Part shown: one piece after another, positions 17,957 to 25,708 of the stretch
Numbering within the stretch: the stretch's first letter is position 1
How the letters are laid out: each line of letters opens with the position of its first letter
Assembly: GCA_018650645.1 (NCBI GenBank)
Contig: JABIFP010000023.1
Coordinates: 1 to 54,475, forward strand
Reading direction: 5' to 3'
Origin: Candidatus Magasanikiibacteriota bacterium
GTDB lineage: Bacteria > Patescibacteriota > Patescibacteriia > Magasanikbacterales > UBA922
DNA: 54,475 nt
The notes under the pieces: model-generated
The model's database searches: none
What the model was told of the DNA's origin: nothing
Seen by the model: only the letters and a program-made list of their open reading frames with translations
Program-made: the position numbers and the translations under genes

Positions 17957-19642
17957 ATGCAAGAGGGTCTGTCACTCAATTATTTTTCGATCTCTGCGCT
18001 CATCAATGCCATGACCTCTCTTGGGCTTGGTATTTTTATTTTACTGACAAATCGGCAGCAGCGCGTGGCAAGATACTTAGTATATTTCTGTTTTGCGGTG
18101 GCAGCGTGGAGTATTCCATATTTTCTTTGGCAAATTTCTGATACGGCAGCCATGGCGTATTTCTGGTCACGCATGCTCATGTTTGGTGCCATCTTTACGT
18201 CTATTGCATACTTCCATCTTGTATTAGTTTTTTTGAAAAAAGAGAATGTTGAGGTGCACAGAATCATGTTTGCCATTTTTTACTTTTTTGTATTTTTCTT
18301 TACCATTGCAAATTTTACCCCATATTTTGTTGCCGGTGTGGCGCCAAAAATGGGCTTTGAATTTTGGCCGGTACCGGGGCCGCTCTACAGTTTCTTTTTG
18401 CTTGGGTTTTTTGCGCATGTAACATACGCATCCATATTACTCTTTAGAAAATATAAAAAAGCAAAAGGAATTCAGAAAAAACAAATCCTTCTTTTGCTGA
18501 TTGGAATTGGACTCGCATTTGTTGGTGGTAGTACAAATTATTTCCTTTGGTACAATATTCCGATTGCGCCATGGGGAAATGGGCTTGTGGCGGTATATGT
18601 ATTACTTACCGCATATTCAATCATGAAATATGGATTCTTGAGTTTTAAAGTTGTTGCGGCGCAAATTTTTACGGGATTACTAATCATGACAGGGTTAATG
18701 GATTTGGTAACCGCTAGAACAACAGGGCAGTTGATTGGGAGTGTGGTATCACTATTCGCCGTATCTGTTTTTGGTCTCATGCTTGTACGTTCCGTTGTTG
18801 GGGAGGTGACCAAACGAGAAGAGTTAGATCGGCTAGCAAAAAAATTAAATCGATTGAATGTAAAACTGAAGCAGCTTGATAGACAAAAGACAGAATTTTT
18901 ATCTATTGCTTCTCATCAGCTCAGAACACCGCTTTCTATTATGAAAGGGTATATCGAACTTATTGAAGACGGCGCATACGGAAAAATTACAAGAAAAACA
19001 AAACATATTTTAGATGAAATGGATGAGAGTAATGAGCGATTGGTAAAACTCGTGGATAGTTTCTTAAATATTAGCAGAATTGAGCAGGGGCGAACAAAAT
19101 ACTCGTTTGAAACGCTGAGCATGCGAGACCTTATCAGTAATGTAGTACACGAATTACATGATAGGGCGGAAGGAAAAGGGTTGAAACTTATTTGGAAGAT
19201 GCCAAAGACTAAGCTTATGACGTATATGGATGAAGAAAAAGTCCGTCATGTTATTTTCAACTTTATTGATAATGCCATTAAATATACTCCAACGGGTAAA
19301 GTGCGGGTATTTGTCACGCAAGAGCATAAAGGAATGAAATTTTCTGTAAAAGATAGTGGAATTGGATTTGATCCAATCGATCAGCCAAACTTTTTCCATA
19401 AGTTCTATAGGGGAAAAAATGTAGAAGGAGAGAATGTAAACGGTACAGGGCTTGGTATTTATGTGTGTAAGCAGTTTGCAGAGGCTCATGGAGGGAAAGT
19501 GTGGGCAAAGAGTGCTGGAAAAGGAAAGGGAAGTGATTTTGGCTTCTGGATCCCAGATCATAGAACAAGCGTCCATAAAAGAAAAGAAAAAGAGGGAAGA
19601 AGCAAAAAACAGCAGGTAGTAAACCAATACAGTACAAAATGA
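17957..19642 (+). CDS. sensor histidine kinase with multi-TM N-terminal domain
   Basis: About 8 hydrophobic helices, then H-box SHQLRTPL, N-box NAIKYTP, G1 DSGIGF and G2 GTGLGIY. Confidence 0.9.
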   Translation: MQEGLSLNYFSISALINAMTSLGLGIFILLTNRQQRVARYLVYFCFAVAAWSIPYFLWQISDTAAMAYFWSRMLMFGAIFTSIAYFHLVLVFLKKENVEVHRIMFAIFYFFVFFFTIANFTPYFVAGVAPKMGFEFWPVPGPLYSFFLLGFFAHVTYASILLFRKYKKAKGIQKKQILLLLIGIGLAFVGGSTNYFLWYNIPIAPWGNGLVAVYVLLTAYSIMKYGFLSFKVVAAQIFTGLLIMTGLMDLVTARTTGQLIGSVVSLFAVSVFGLMLVRSVVGEVTKREELDRLAKKLNRLNVKLKQLDRQKTEFLSIASHQLRTPLSIMKGYIELIEDGAYGKITRKTKHILDEMDESNERLVKLVDSFLNISRIEQGRTKYSFETLSMRDLISNVVHELHDRAEGKGLKLIWKMPKTKLMTYMDEEKVRHVIFNFIDNAIKYTPTGKVRVFVTQEHKGMKFSVKDSGIGFDPIDQPNFFHKFYRGKNVEGENVNGTGLGIYVCKQFAEAHGGKVWAKSAGKGKGSDFGFWIPDHRTSVHKRKEKEGRSKKQQVVNQYSTK

Positions 19643-19665
19643 GTATAGAAAGTGTTCAATAGGCA

Positions 19666-19694
19666 TTGAATTCCTTTGATGCCTGCGTTATAAT
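19666..19694 (+). promoter_or_regulatory. sigma70-like promoter TTGAAT-17-TATAAT upstream of the bactofilin gene
   Basis: Read directly. Confidence 0.5.
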
Positions 19695-19729
19695 CGTATC
19701 ATCAATATATTACGTAAATAGAAGAGCCT

Positions 19730-20191
19730 ATGTTTCAAAAACCCAGTGATGGCGGATACATGCCACAACCAGATGAAGTAGAGACAGTTGTCGGTCCTTC
19801 TGTAGCCGTAGAAGGGGATTTTGTTTCAGAGGGAAATATTATTGTGAAGGGGTCAGTAAGCGGTTCTGTAAAGACGTCTGCGCTTCTTTCTGTAGAAGAA
19901 GGAGCAAAGATTTTGGCGAATGTAAAAGCGCAAAGTGCAGTTATTGCAGGGCATGTAAAAGGACATCTAAAAGTAGTAGATCGATTAGAAATTTTAGAGA
20001 CAGCGCAAATTTCAGGAGATATCTCATGTGCTATCCTTTCTGTTGCTCCTGGAGCATTACTTTCTGGAAAGATTGTAATGAAAGGGCTTGCAATGGACGA
20101 AGCTGCTAAACCAAAAAAACGCACGGCAAGCAGAAGAAAAGTAAGTGAAGAAGAACAGGTGTTTGAAGAAGAAATGCCGATGGAACAGTAG
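19730..20191 (+). CDS. bactofilin-family cytoskeletal protein
   Basis: Repetitive beta-helix pattern (VEGDFVSEGNIIVKGSVSGSV...AVIAGHVKGHL...ISGDI) with a K/E-rich tail. Confidence 0.85.
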   Translation: MFQKPSDGGYMPQPDEVETVVGPSVAVEGDFVSEGNIIVKGSVSGSVKTSALLSVEEGAKILANVKAQSAVIAGHVKGHLKVVDRLEILETAQISGDISCAILSVAPGALLSGKIVMKGLAMDEAAKPKKRTASRRKVSEEEQVFEEEMPMEQ

Positions 20192-20216
20192 GGAGTACTC
20201 ATCTAATCTCCCTTCT

Positions 20217-20984
20217 ATGTACGTGTATCTTTACGACGAACTTGTAAAACACAAGAGGTACAAACAAGAAATGAGATCAATCGAGAACCGATTGACAGAT
20301 TTTGGTATTGCTGGTAGGATAGTGCGGCTTCAGCAGTTTACGAACTCCGAGGCTGTCATTTCTGAAGAGATGAAACGCGGCGCAGAAGTTGCGGTTATCG
20401 TTGGAGATGATAAAACATTTGGACGAGTTCTTTCTAGAAGCGCATCGCTTGGAGTGGTGTTTGGCTTCATTCCAATTGGGTCAGAAAAAGACAATACCAT
20501 TGCAAACGTACTTGGTATTCCTATTGGTGAAGAAGCATGTGAAGTACTGGCAAGAAGAAGAAAAGTTGGGCTTGATGTTGGTTGGGTAAATAACAGATAC
20601 TTTATTTCTCAATTACATATCAAACCACACCCAATTCGTGTACAGTACGATGAACAGTTTGCGGTAAGCGCGCGTAATGGAAAAATGGAACTCGTGGTAT
20701 GTAACTTGCAGCCGTTTGTGTGGAATGATACATCAAAACGGCAGTATGTTGTACATCCGCAAGACGGAAAGCTAGAAGCTTTTTTGCGACCAATGAAAAA
20801 GAAGACGTTGTTTAAAGAGGTGTATGAAGAACCAAGTGTGTTTCCATTTGAAGAAATGGTTATCCAATCGGATAAGCCGTTTGTGATGGAAGCTGATGGA
20901 AAAAAAAGTAAAGAAACAAAGGTGACGATTCGACTTGCTCGCAATCGTATCCACATGATTGTTGGAAAACACAGAAAATTTTGA
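20217..20984 (+). CDS. diacylglycerol/lipid kinase-like protein (degenerate)
   Basis: ATG at 20217 (MYVYLYDE...). VIVGDDKTFGRVL resembles the DAGK catalytic-domain GGDGT region. Assignment is tentative. Confidence 0.6.
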   Translation: MYVYLYDELVKHKRYKQEMRSIENRLTDFGIAGRIVRLQQFTNSEAVISEEMKRGAEVAVIVGDDKTFGRVLSRSASLGVVFGFIPIGSEKDNTIANVLGIPIGEEACEVLARRRKVGLDVGWVNNRYFISQLHIKPHPIRVQYDEQFAVSARNGKMELVVCNLQPFVWNDTSKRQYVVHPQDGKLEAFLRPMKKKTLFKEVYEEPSVFPFEEMVIQSDKPFVMEADGKKSKETKVTIRLARNRIHMIVGKHRKF

Positions 20985-21063
20985 TAGAATCATGAGCACG
21001 TGGTTCGGGAAGAGTAGATAGCTGTCTATTTTTCCCGCATCGCGGCAAACCACGCTCAGGTGG

Positions 21064-21089
21064 TCCGCCTTCGCTAAAGCTATGGCGGA
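21064..21089 (-). repeat. dispersed palindromic repeat (TCCGCC-TTCGCTAAAGCTAT-GGCGGA)
   Basis: Same family as 24031-24056 (inside rnpB), 33471-33498 and 17869-17906. Enclosed by a 12-bp inverted repeat (21025-21036 / 21102-21113). Confidence 0.6.
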
Positions 21090-21120
21090 TGAACTCTGTG
21101 TGGGAAAAATAGAACAATAC

Positions 21121-21206
21121 GCTCAGGTGGCGGAATTGGTAGACGCGCTGGCTTGAGGGGCCAGTGACTCGCAAGGGTCGTGGAGGTTCAAGTCCTCTTC
21201 TGAGCA
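21121..21206 (+). tRNA. tRNA-Leu (anticodon GAG), long variable arm, no encoded CCA
   Basis: GCTCAGG acceptor, GGCGGAATTGGTAGACGCG D-arm typical of tRNA-Leu, anticodon arm CTGGC-TTGAGGG-GCCAG, variable arm GACTC-GCAA-GGGTC, T-arm GGAGG-TTCAAGT-CCTCT. Confidence 0.9.
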
Positions 21207-21361
21207 CAAATATAAGACAGCCGATAAGGCTGTCTTATATTTGTGCGAAAAGAGAGAGGGTTTGAACCGGGGGTGGTAGGGGGCAGAGCCCCCTACATGC
21301 TGCGGAAAAGCTGGAAAAACCTGAAGGTTTTTACAAGAGGACACGAAGTGCCGAGTGAAAG

Positions 21362-21380
21362 GTCCTCTTCTGAGCACAAA
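21362..21380 (+). repeat. 19-bp perfect duplicate of the tRNA-Leu 3' end plus 4 nt of flank (GTCCTCTTCTGAGCACAAA)
   Basis: Identical to 21192-21210. Each copy is followed by its own hairpin (21204-21246; 21383-21406). Confidence 0.85.
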
Positions 21381-21628
21381 CGAAGACACTCGAAAGAGTG
21401 TCTTTTGTGTTGACAAAAACAAAAAAAACGTGTAATAAAGAAGCAGGCCCCCCAATTTTGGGGAGGAAGGACAACAATAAGGTGCATACAAAAGCTATAC
21501 CTCCGGATGAACTCCGGGGAGAGAGCGCAGTCTCTTGTCGCAGGGAAGGTGCGACAAGGCGGATTGTGCCGACGGACGCTGAAGGAAGGCCCACGCGTGT
21601 TCACACGCAGGCCCCTTTCGCGGGACGT

Positions 21629-22273
21629 ATGGTGCGTCACGGCAACTGGCAGGTTGAGGTCTTTTGGACTGAATCCTGCGCCGTGGTGGCCATGGGTGAG
21701 TACCACGTCGGGTTTCCTCGCGGAGACTGGGAGTGGTACTTTGGCGCGGTAGTGGATGATGTGTTCACGCCGCATGAGGTGATCGGGCGAGCGCGCTTCG
21801 ATCGAGGTGGGCTCAACATGAGCGCCCGCCTCTTCCATCGGAGCGTGGAGGTGGTCCCTGGCGAGTACTGGAACACCCATCGAGAAGATGCGCGGGTGTG
21901 GCGGGACTTTCTCGCCTTGACCCCGGATTGGGAGTCGCAGGCTTACGTCAACGCGCACAAGTACGCGTGCAGCCGCTCACCGAATCGGGAGATCGCTAAG
22001 GGCACAGCGCTCTACGCGGACTTCAAGTATGGCGAGCGTGCGTCGACGTGGGAAGGTTTCGACGTGCACGGCAAGTGCGTGTGGACGGGAGACTTCCAGG
22101 AGGATGCGTCGGTTCACACGCGAGTTGGGCCAGGACTGAGCTCGGAAGCGTCCGCCGGCAAGCTCGGCTGGGTGCGGATGCTCGGGATGACCCTGCCTTC
22201 GCATGGTGCGTACCAGTTGCTCCTAGAGCACTTCGTCGCCCCCATTGTGCCGATCTACAGCGCCGAGGTCTAG
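21629..22273 (+). CDS. hypothetical Trp-rich protein (214 aa from ATG 21629) in high-GC cassette 3
   Basis: Strong G/C third-position bias. The frame is open from 21398, so the start is uncertain (in-frame GTG at 21482 is also possible). No family recognised. Confidence 0.65.
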   Translation: MVRHGNWQVEVFWTESCAVVAMGEYHVGFPRGDWEWYFGAVVDDVFTPHEVIGRARFDRGGLNMSARLFHRSVEVVPGEYWNTHREDARVWRDFLALTPDWESQAYVNAHKYACSRSPNREIAKGTALYADFKYGERASTWEGFDVHGKCVWTGDFQEDASVHTRVGPGLSSEASAGKLGWVRMLGMTLPSHGAYQLLLEHFVAPIVPIYSAEV

Positions 22274-22314
22274 ACCTCCTCCTGCTTGTGCAAGCAGGGA
22301 ACAACTGATGATTC

Positions 22315-22348
22315 GCTCGACCGTCGCACTGGTCGGGCTCTTTTTTTT
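22315..22348 (+). terminator. GC-rich intrinsic terminator ending cassette 3
   Basis: GCTCGACC...GGTCGGGC stem followed by TCTTTTTTTT. Confidence 0.75.
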
Positions 22349-22356
22349 ACAAACAA

Positions 22357-22380
22357 AAACACACCCTATTGGGTGTGTTT
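22357..22380 (-). terminator. terminator hairpin for 22391..23707 (copy 1 of a duplicated hairpin)
   Basis: AAACACACCC-TATT-GGGTGTGTTT. On the minus strand it is followed by T-rich sequence. Confidence 0.65.
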
Positions 22381-22390
22381 TATATTTTAG

Positions 22391-23707
22391 TTATTTTTCT
22401 AGCGTAATGTCATTTTCAGAAAGCCGTACAGTGTATTTGGTAGGGCTAATGGGTGTGCTCTTATCTTTCATATGCTCTGGAATGCTTGCACATTTGTCTA
22501 CACCATCTCCAATAGCACAAAGCGGTTCACTATGAGATTCACCATTGGCAAACAGTTGATTATCACGTTTTTCTAGTTGGATGAGTGTCCTTCTAAAACC
22601 CTCACTAACCGGACTAGAGACAATCACATCGGTTTCATCTGTAAATGAAGCGACAAAGAAATAGCTCCCCATCCCATCAAATGCCGTAATAAGGGAATAA
22701 TATCGGTTAGCATCTCTGCAGACTGCTACAAATGACAAATTGTATACCGTTGGTTCTATCTGAAGCCATGGATACGCTAGTGGTTCGCGTTCATAAAATT
22801 CTTCAGCGCGAATTTGACTATCTATCATTTCCATTGCTCGTTCAAATGTATCATTTGAAATCATGTCATCTTTACTGACCAAGTCTAGACCTAAACATGC
22901 CTCAGCTGTCCAGGTGATATCACCGCTCGCTGAAAGTTCAGCTTCAATTTCAAATCGATATTCATTTTTTTCAATAGAAATTGGTTTTTGGAGTGATTCT
23001 GGAAGCAATGAACACGGTACAGTCATTTCATATCCAGGACATACAGGCGTTGATGGTGGTTCGCTAATTGCATAAATAGCATCATCCCGCTTTTCTAGAA
23101 TAGAGAATTGGTCAAGATACGAAGTGGCAGTTTTTTCGGAAACATGCAGACTACCAACTTTTTCTTCGACTGGGAATATTCCTTCTCGAGTATGATAGCT
23201 ATAGCCTAACGTAAAAGAGGCAATCCAATTATCGGCGCCGCGGGAATCTGGATCTGAAATATGGAGATATCTAAGATCCCCATCCTGACAGGCGGTAATA
23301 ATATGTAGGTTATTGGAATATTGCCCTATATTCCAAGGAGCATCAAGCTTTTCGGCGTATATTTTTTCAGCAGATTGTTCTCTGATTTTTTGATCAATTT
23401 GGGTGAGTGCATCTTGCGTTCTTTTTTCATTATACATTTCTTGTAGTGTCCACGCCTTCATGCCTCTGCAGTGTTCATCTGTCCATACTCTTGGTGGGTT
23501 TAATCCGTACTGATTTTCCTTTATCGTTTTTTTCGTAGACTCCAAATTTTTTTCCAGCGTCTCTATCTTTTCATGAAGTGGTTGTAGATCGGCAGTTTCC
23601 GCTTGGGGCACAGTAGCTGTTTCATCACCCTGTGAAAACACATACACAGATAAGCCTGTAGAGAGTATCGCTAAGGTAATTGCAATATATGCGAGGAGTG
23701 ATTTCAT
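22391..23707 (-). CDS. secreted hypothetical protein (438 aa)
   Basis: Signal-peptide-like N-terminus MKSLLAYIAITLAILSTGLSVYVFSQG. No family recognised. Confidence 0.8.
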   Translation of the reverse strand: MKSLLAYIAITLAILSTGLSVYVFSQGDETATVPQAETADLQPLHEKIETLEKNLESTKKTIKENQYGLNPPRVWTDEHCRGMKAWTLQEMYNEKRTQDALTQIDQKIREQSAEKIYAEKLDAPWNIGQYSNNLHIITACQDGDLRYLHISDPDSRGADNWIASFTLGYSYHTREGIFPVEEKVGSLHVSEKTATSYLDQFSILEKRDDAIYAISEPPSTPVCPGYEMTVPCSLLPESLQKPISIEKNEYRFEIEAELSASGDITWTAEACLGLDLVSKDDMISNDTFERAMEMIDSQIRAEEFYEREPLAYPWLQIEPTVYNLSFVAVCRDANRYYSLITAFDGMGSYFFVASFTDETDVIVSSPVSEGFRRTLIQLEKRDNQLFANGESHSEPLCAIGDGVDKCASIPEHMKDKSTPISPTKYTVRLSENDITLEK

Positions 23708-23744
23708 AAAGTAGTATTAAAATACAGTGTAAGTATACCACAAA

Positions 23745-23774
23745 CAAAAACACACCCAATCGGGTGTGTTTTTG
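23745..23774 (-). terminator. terminator hairpin downstream of rnpB (copy 2 of the duplicated hairpin)
   Basis: CAAAAACACACCC-AATC-GGGTGTGTTTTTG. Confidence 0.65.
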
Positions 23775-23776
23775 TT

Positions 23777-24208
23777 GCCTTATCGATCCGTATAAGCCGA
23801 ATTCTGTTCATCGCCAAAGCGATGGATGATCATTTATCTAGGGACGCTGTTGCCAGCGAACTCATGCGAGCTAACTTTTCGAAGCCTTGCGGCAACGCTG
23901 CTCTTGCTCCAGGTAGGGTTTACCACCGCTGCATGTCACCATGCAGGGAGTACAGTCGCTTTTGTCTATAGAACAAAAACATCCGTACACTTTTCACCTT
24001 TCCTCCTCTTCAACGAATTGAAGTATGTTGCCCTCCTTCGCTAAAGCTACGGCGGGCGGAGTAGTATTGTCTCTGTGGCACTGTCCCTCACGGCTTGTTG
24101 CCAAGACGCGGGTGGGCGTTACCCACTACCTTTTTTTTAGAACGAGTCTAAGGAGTTCGGACTTTCCTCTTACGCAAAGCGCAAGCGATCATCACTGGTC
24201 AATAAGGC
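23777..24208 (-). ncRNA. rnpB: RNase P RNA, bacterial type A
   Basis: The minus strand reads GAGGAAAGUCCGAACUCC (P4 5' strand), GGUAACGCC, ACAGUGCCACAGAGA, GGUAAACCCUACCUGGAGCAAG, CUAGAUAAAUGAUCAUCC and ACAGAAUUCGGCUUAU. P1 pairs GCCUUAUUGACC with GGAUCGAUAAGGC. Confidence 0.92.
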
Positions 24209-24214
24209 CCAGCA

Positions 24215-24243
24215 AGAGTACCATAAAAAACTGCGTTTGTCAA
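24215..24243 (-). promoter_or_regulatory. rnpB promoter TTGACA-17-TACTCT (minus strand)
   Basis: The -10 ends 6 nt before the predicted rnpB 5' end. Confidence 0.55.
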
Positions 24244-24246
24244 TGA

Positions 24247-24275
24247 TTGACCCGCCTGGCCGTGGAGGGTACAAT
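24247..24275 (+). promoter_or_regulatory. promoter TTGACC-17-TACAAT ending 6 nt before the sugar transferase ATG (leaderless mRNA predicted)
   Basis: The -35 box lies back-to-back with the rnpB -35 (TGTCAAtgaTTGACC). Confidence 0.5.
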
Positions 24276-24281
24276 ACCCCT

Positions 24282-25700
24282 ATGAAACGACTAGAACTCA
24301 TCTTAATGCTTTTGCAGGTCCCTGTGGATTTGCTCATGCTCCTTATTGCTGCGGGAAGTGCATACTTGCTGCGTTTTTCTGATTGGGCAGTTGGAATGAA
24401 AGCTGTGCAATTCGATTTATCTTTGACGGAATTTCTTTCAACGGCGTTTCCAATCTTTCTGGTTTGGCTCGTTATTTTTGCCTTTACTGGTTTGTATAAC
24501 GCACGCGGATCAAAGCGATTTGCTCAAGATGTATTACAAATAATTTTGGCTTGTTCTACAGGACTCGCATTTGTTGCGCTCTACATGCTCTTTTTCCAGC
24601 AACAATTCGACTCTCGTTTTTTGCTTGCTGCCACATGGGTAGGGTCACTTGTTTATGTAACAGCTGGGCGACTTATTATGCGCGGGGTTAAAGGATTGTT
24701 TTATAGAAGTGGAAGAGGGCTGAAGCGAGTAGCAATTATTGGGTCAGATTCTGTATCGATTGCGCTTAAGGACGTGTTATCAAATCGACCAGAACTTGGT
24801 TATAGCGTTGCTGCAAGTTATGCATCATTCTCAGATAATGCAATTCGACATATTCGAGCGGCGCATGTCGATGAACTTATTTTGACAAACCCCCGAAGTA
24901 ATGAAAAAGATACGGTAAAAGCGTATGAGTTTGCAAAGCTCAATCACATTGGATTTAAGTATAGTGCAGACATGTTTGCAACGCTAAGCGCGAACATGAG
25001 TGTACATCCTCTTGGAGGAATCCCTATGGTAGAAATGAACCCAACCAGACTGCAAGGATGGGGACGTATTTTAAAACGACTCTTTGATATTATTACCAGT
25101 CTGACATTACTTATTATTCTTTCTCCAATTTATCTGATTACAGCACTCGTAATAAAAAGTGAAACAGGAACCCCAATTATTTATAAAAACGAGCGCGTGG
25201 GAGTCCGCGGAAGAACATTTTTTACACTCAAATTCCGTAGCATGTTCCAAAAAGATTCCACTGGTGCACAGTTTGGAAAAAGCGGAAAGCATGCAGAAGA
25301 TGCGGAAGCAAAACTCATCAAAAAACAAAACAGCAAGCACGGACCAATTTATAAAATCAAAAATGATCCGCGGGTTACACCTTTTGGCAGATTTATTCGC
25401 AAATGGAGCATTGATGAATTGCCACAATTTGTGAACGTATTAAAAGGAGAAATGAGCATTGTTGGGCCGCGGCCGCATCAGCCAAGAGAAGTTGAAAAGT
25501 ATGATAAAGAACATTCAGTGGTATTTGCAATTAAGCCGGGAGTAACTGGTTTGGCGCAAATTTCTGGAAGAAGCGACTTGACCTTTGAAGAGGAAATGCG
25601 GTTAGATACACTATATGTAGAGCGTTGGAGTTTATGGCTTGACATTATCATCTTTATAAAAACACCTTTTATCTTGTTTAAGAAACGATCTGTTGAGTAA
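24282..25700 (+). CDS. polyprenyl-phosphate sugar phosphotransferase (WbaP-like, bacterial sugar transferase family)
   Basis: N-terminal TM helices and C-terminal KFRSM...DELPQ...GPRP catalytic-domain motifs. ATG at 24282 is preferred over the TTG at 24237, which overlaps the rnpB promoter. Confidence 0.88.
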   Translation: MKRLELILMLLQVPVDLLMLLIAAGSAYLLRFSDWAVGMKAVQFDLSLTEFLSTAFPIFLVWLVIFAFTGLYNARGSKRFAQDVLQIILACSTGLAFVALYMLFFQQQFDSRFLLAATWVGSLVYVTAGRLIMRGVKGLFYRSGRGLKRVAIIGSDSVSIALKDVLSNRPELGYSVAASYASFSDNAIRHIRAAHVDELILTNPRSNEKDTVKAYEFAKLNHIGFKYSADMFATLSANMSVHPLGGIPMVEMNPTRLQGWGRILKRLFDIITSLTLLIILSPIYLITALVIKSETGTPIIYKNERVGVRGRTFFTLKFRSMFQKDSTGAQFGKSGKHAEDAEAKLIKKQNSKHGPIYKIKNDPRVTPFGRFIRKWSIDELPQFVNVLKGEMSIVGPRPHQPREVEKYDKEHSVVFAIKPGVTGLAQISGRSDLTFEEEMRLDTLYVERWSLWLDIIIFIKTPFILFKKRSVE

Positions 25701-25708
25701 TTACTGAT

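Larger units (their letters stand above)
21517..22348 (+). other. high-GC cassette 3 (approximate bounds)
   Basis: Composition step after a host-type repeat fragment (21491-21514). Ends at a GC-rich terminator. Confidence 0.65.

Noticed and set aside
21293-22308. Multiple long ORFs on both strands in cassette 3 (21293..21958 -, 21637..21876 -, 21977..22204 -, 22023..22304 -, 22048..22308 +)
   Set aside because: This is the same high-GC artefact. Only the 21398/21629..22273 + frame shows consistent GC3 bias and ends before the terminator.
23826-24246. ORFs 23826..24044 + and 24025..24246 + (the latter containing the SFAKATAG peptide)
   Set aside because: They lie entirely within RNase P RNA on the opposite strand and translate structured-RNA and repeat sequence.
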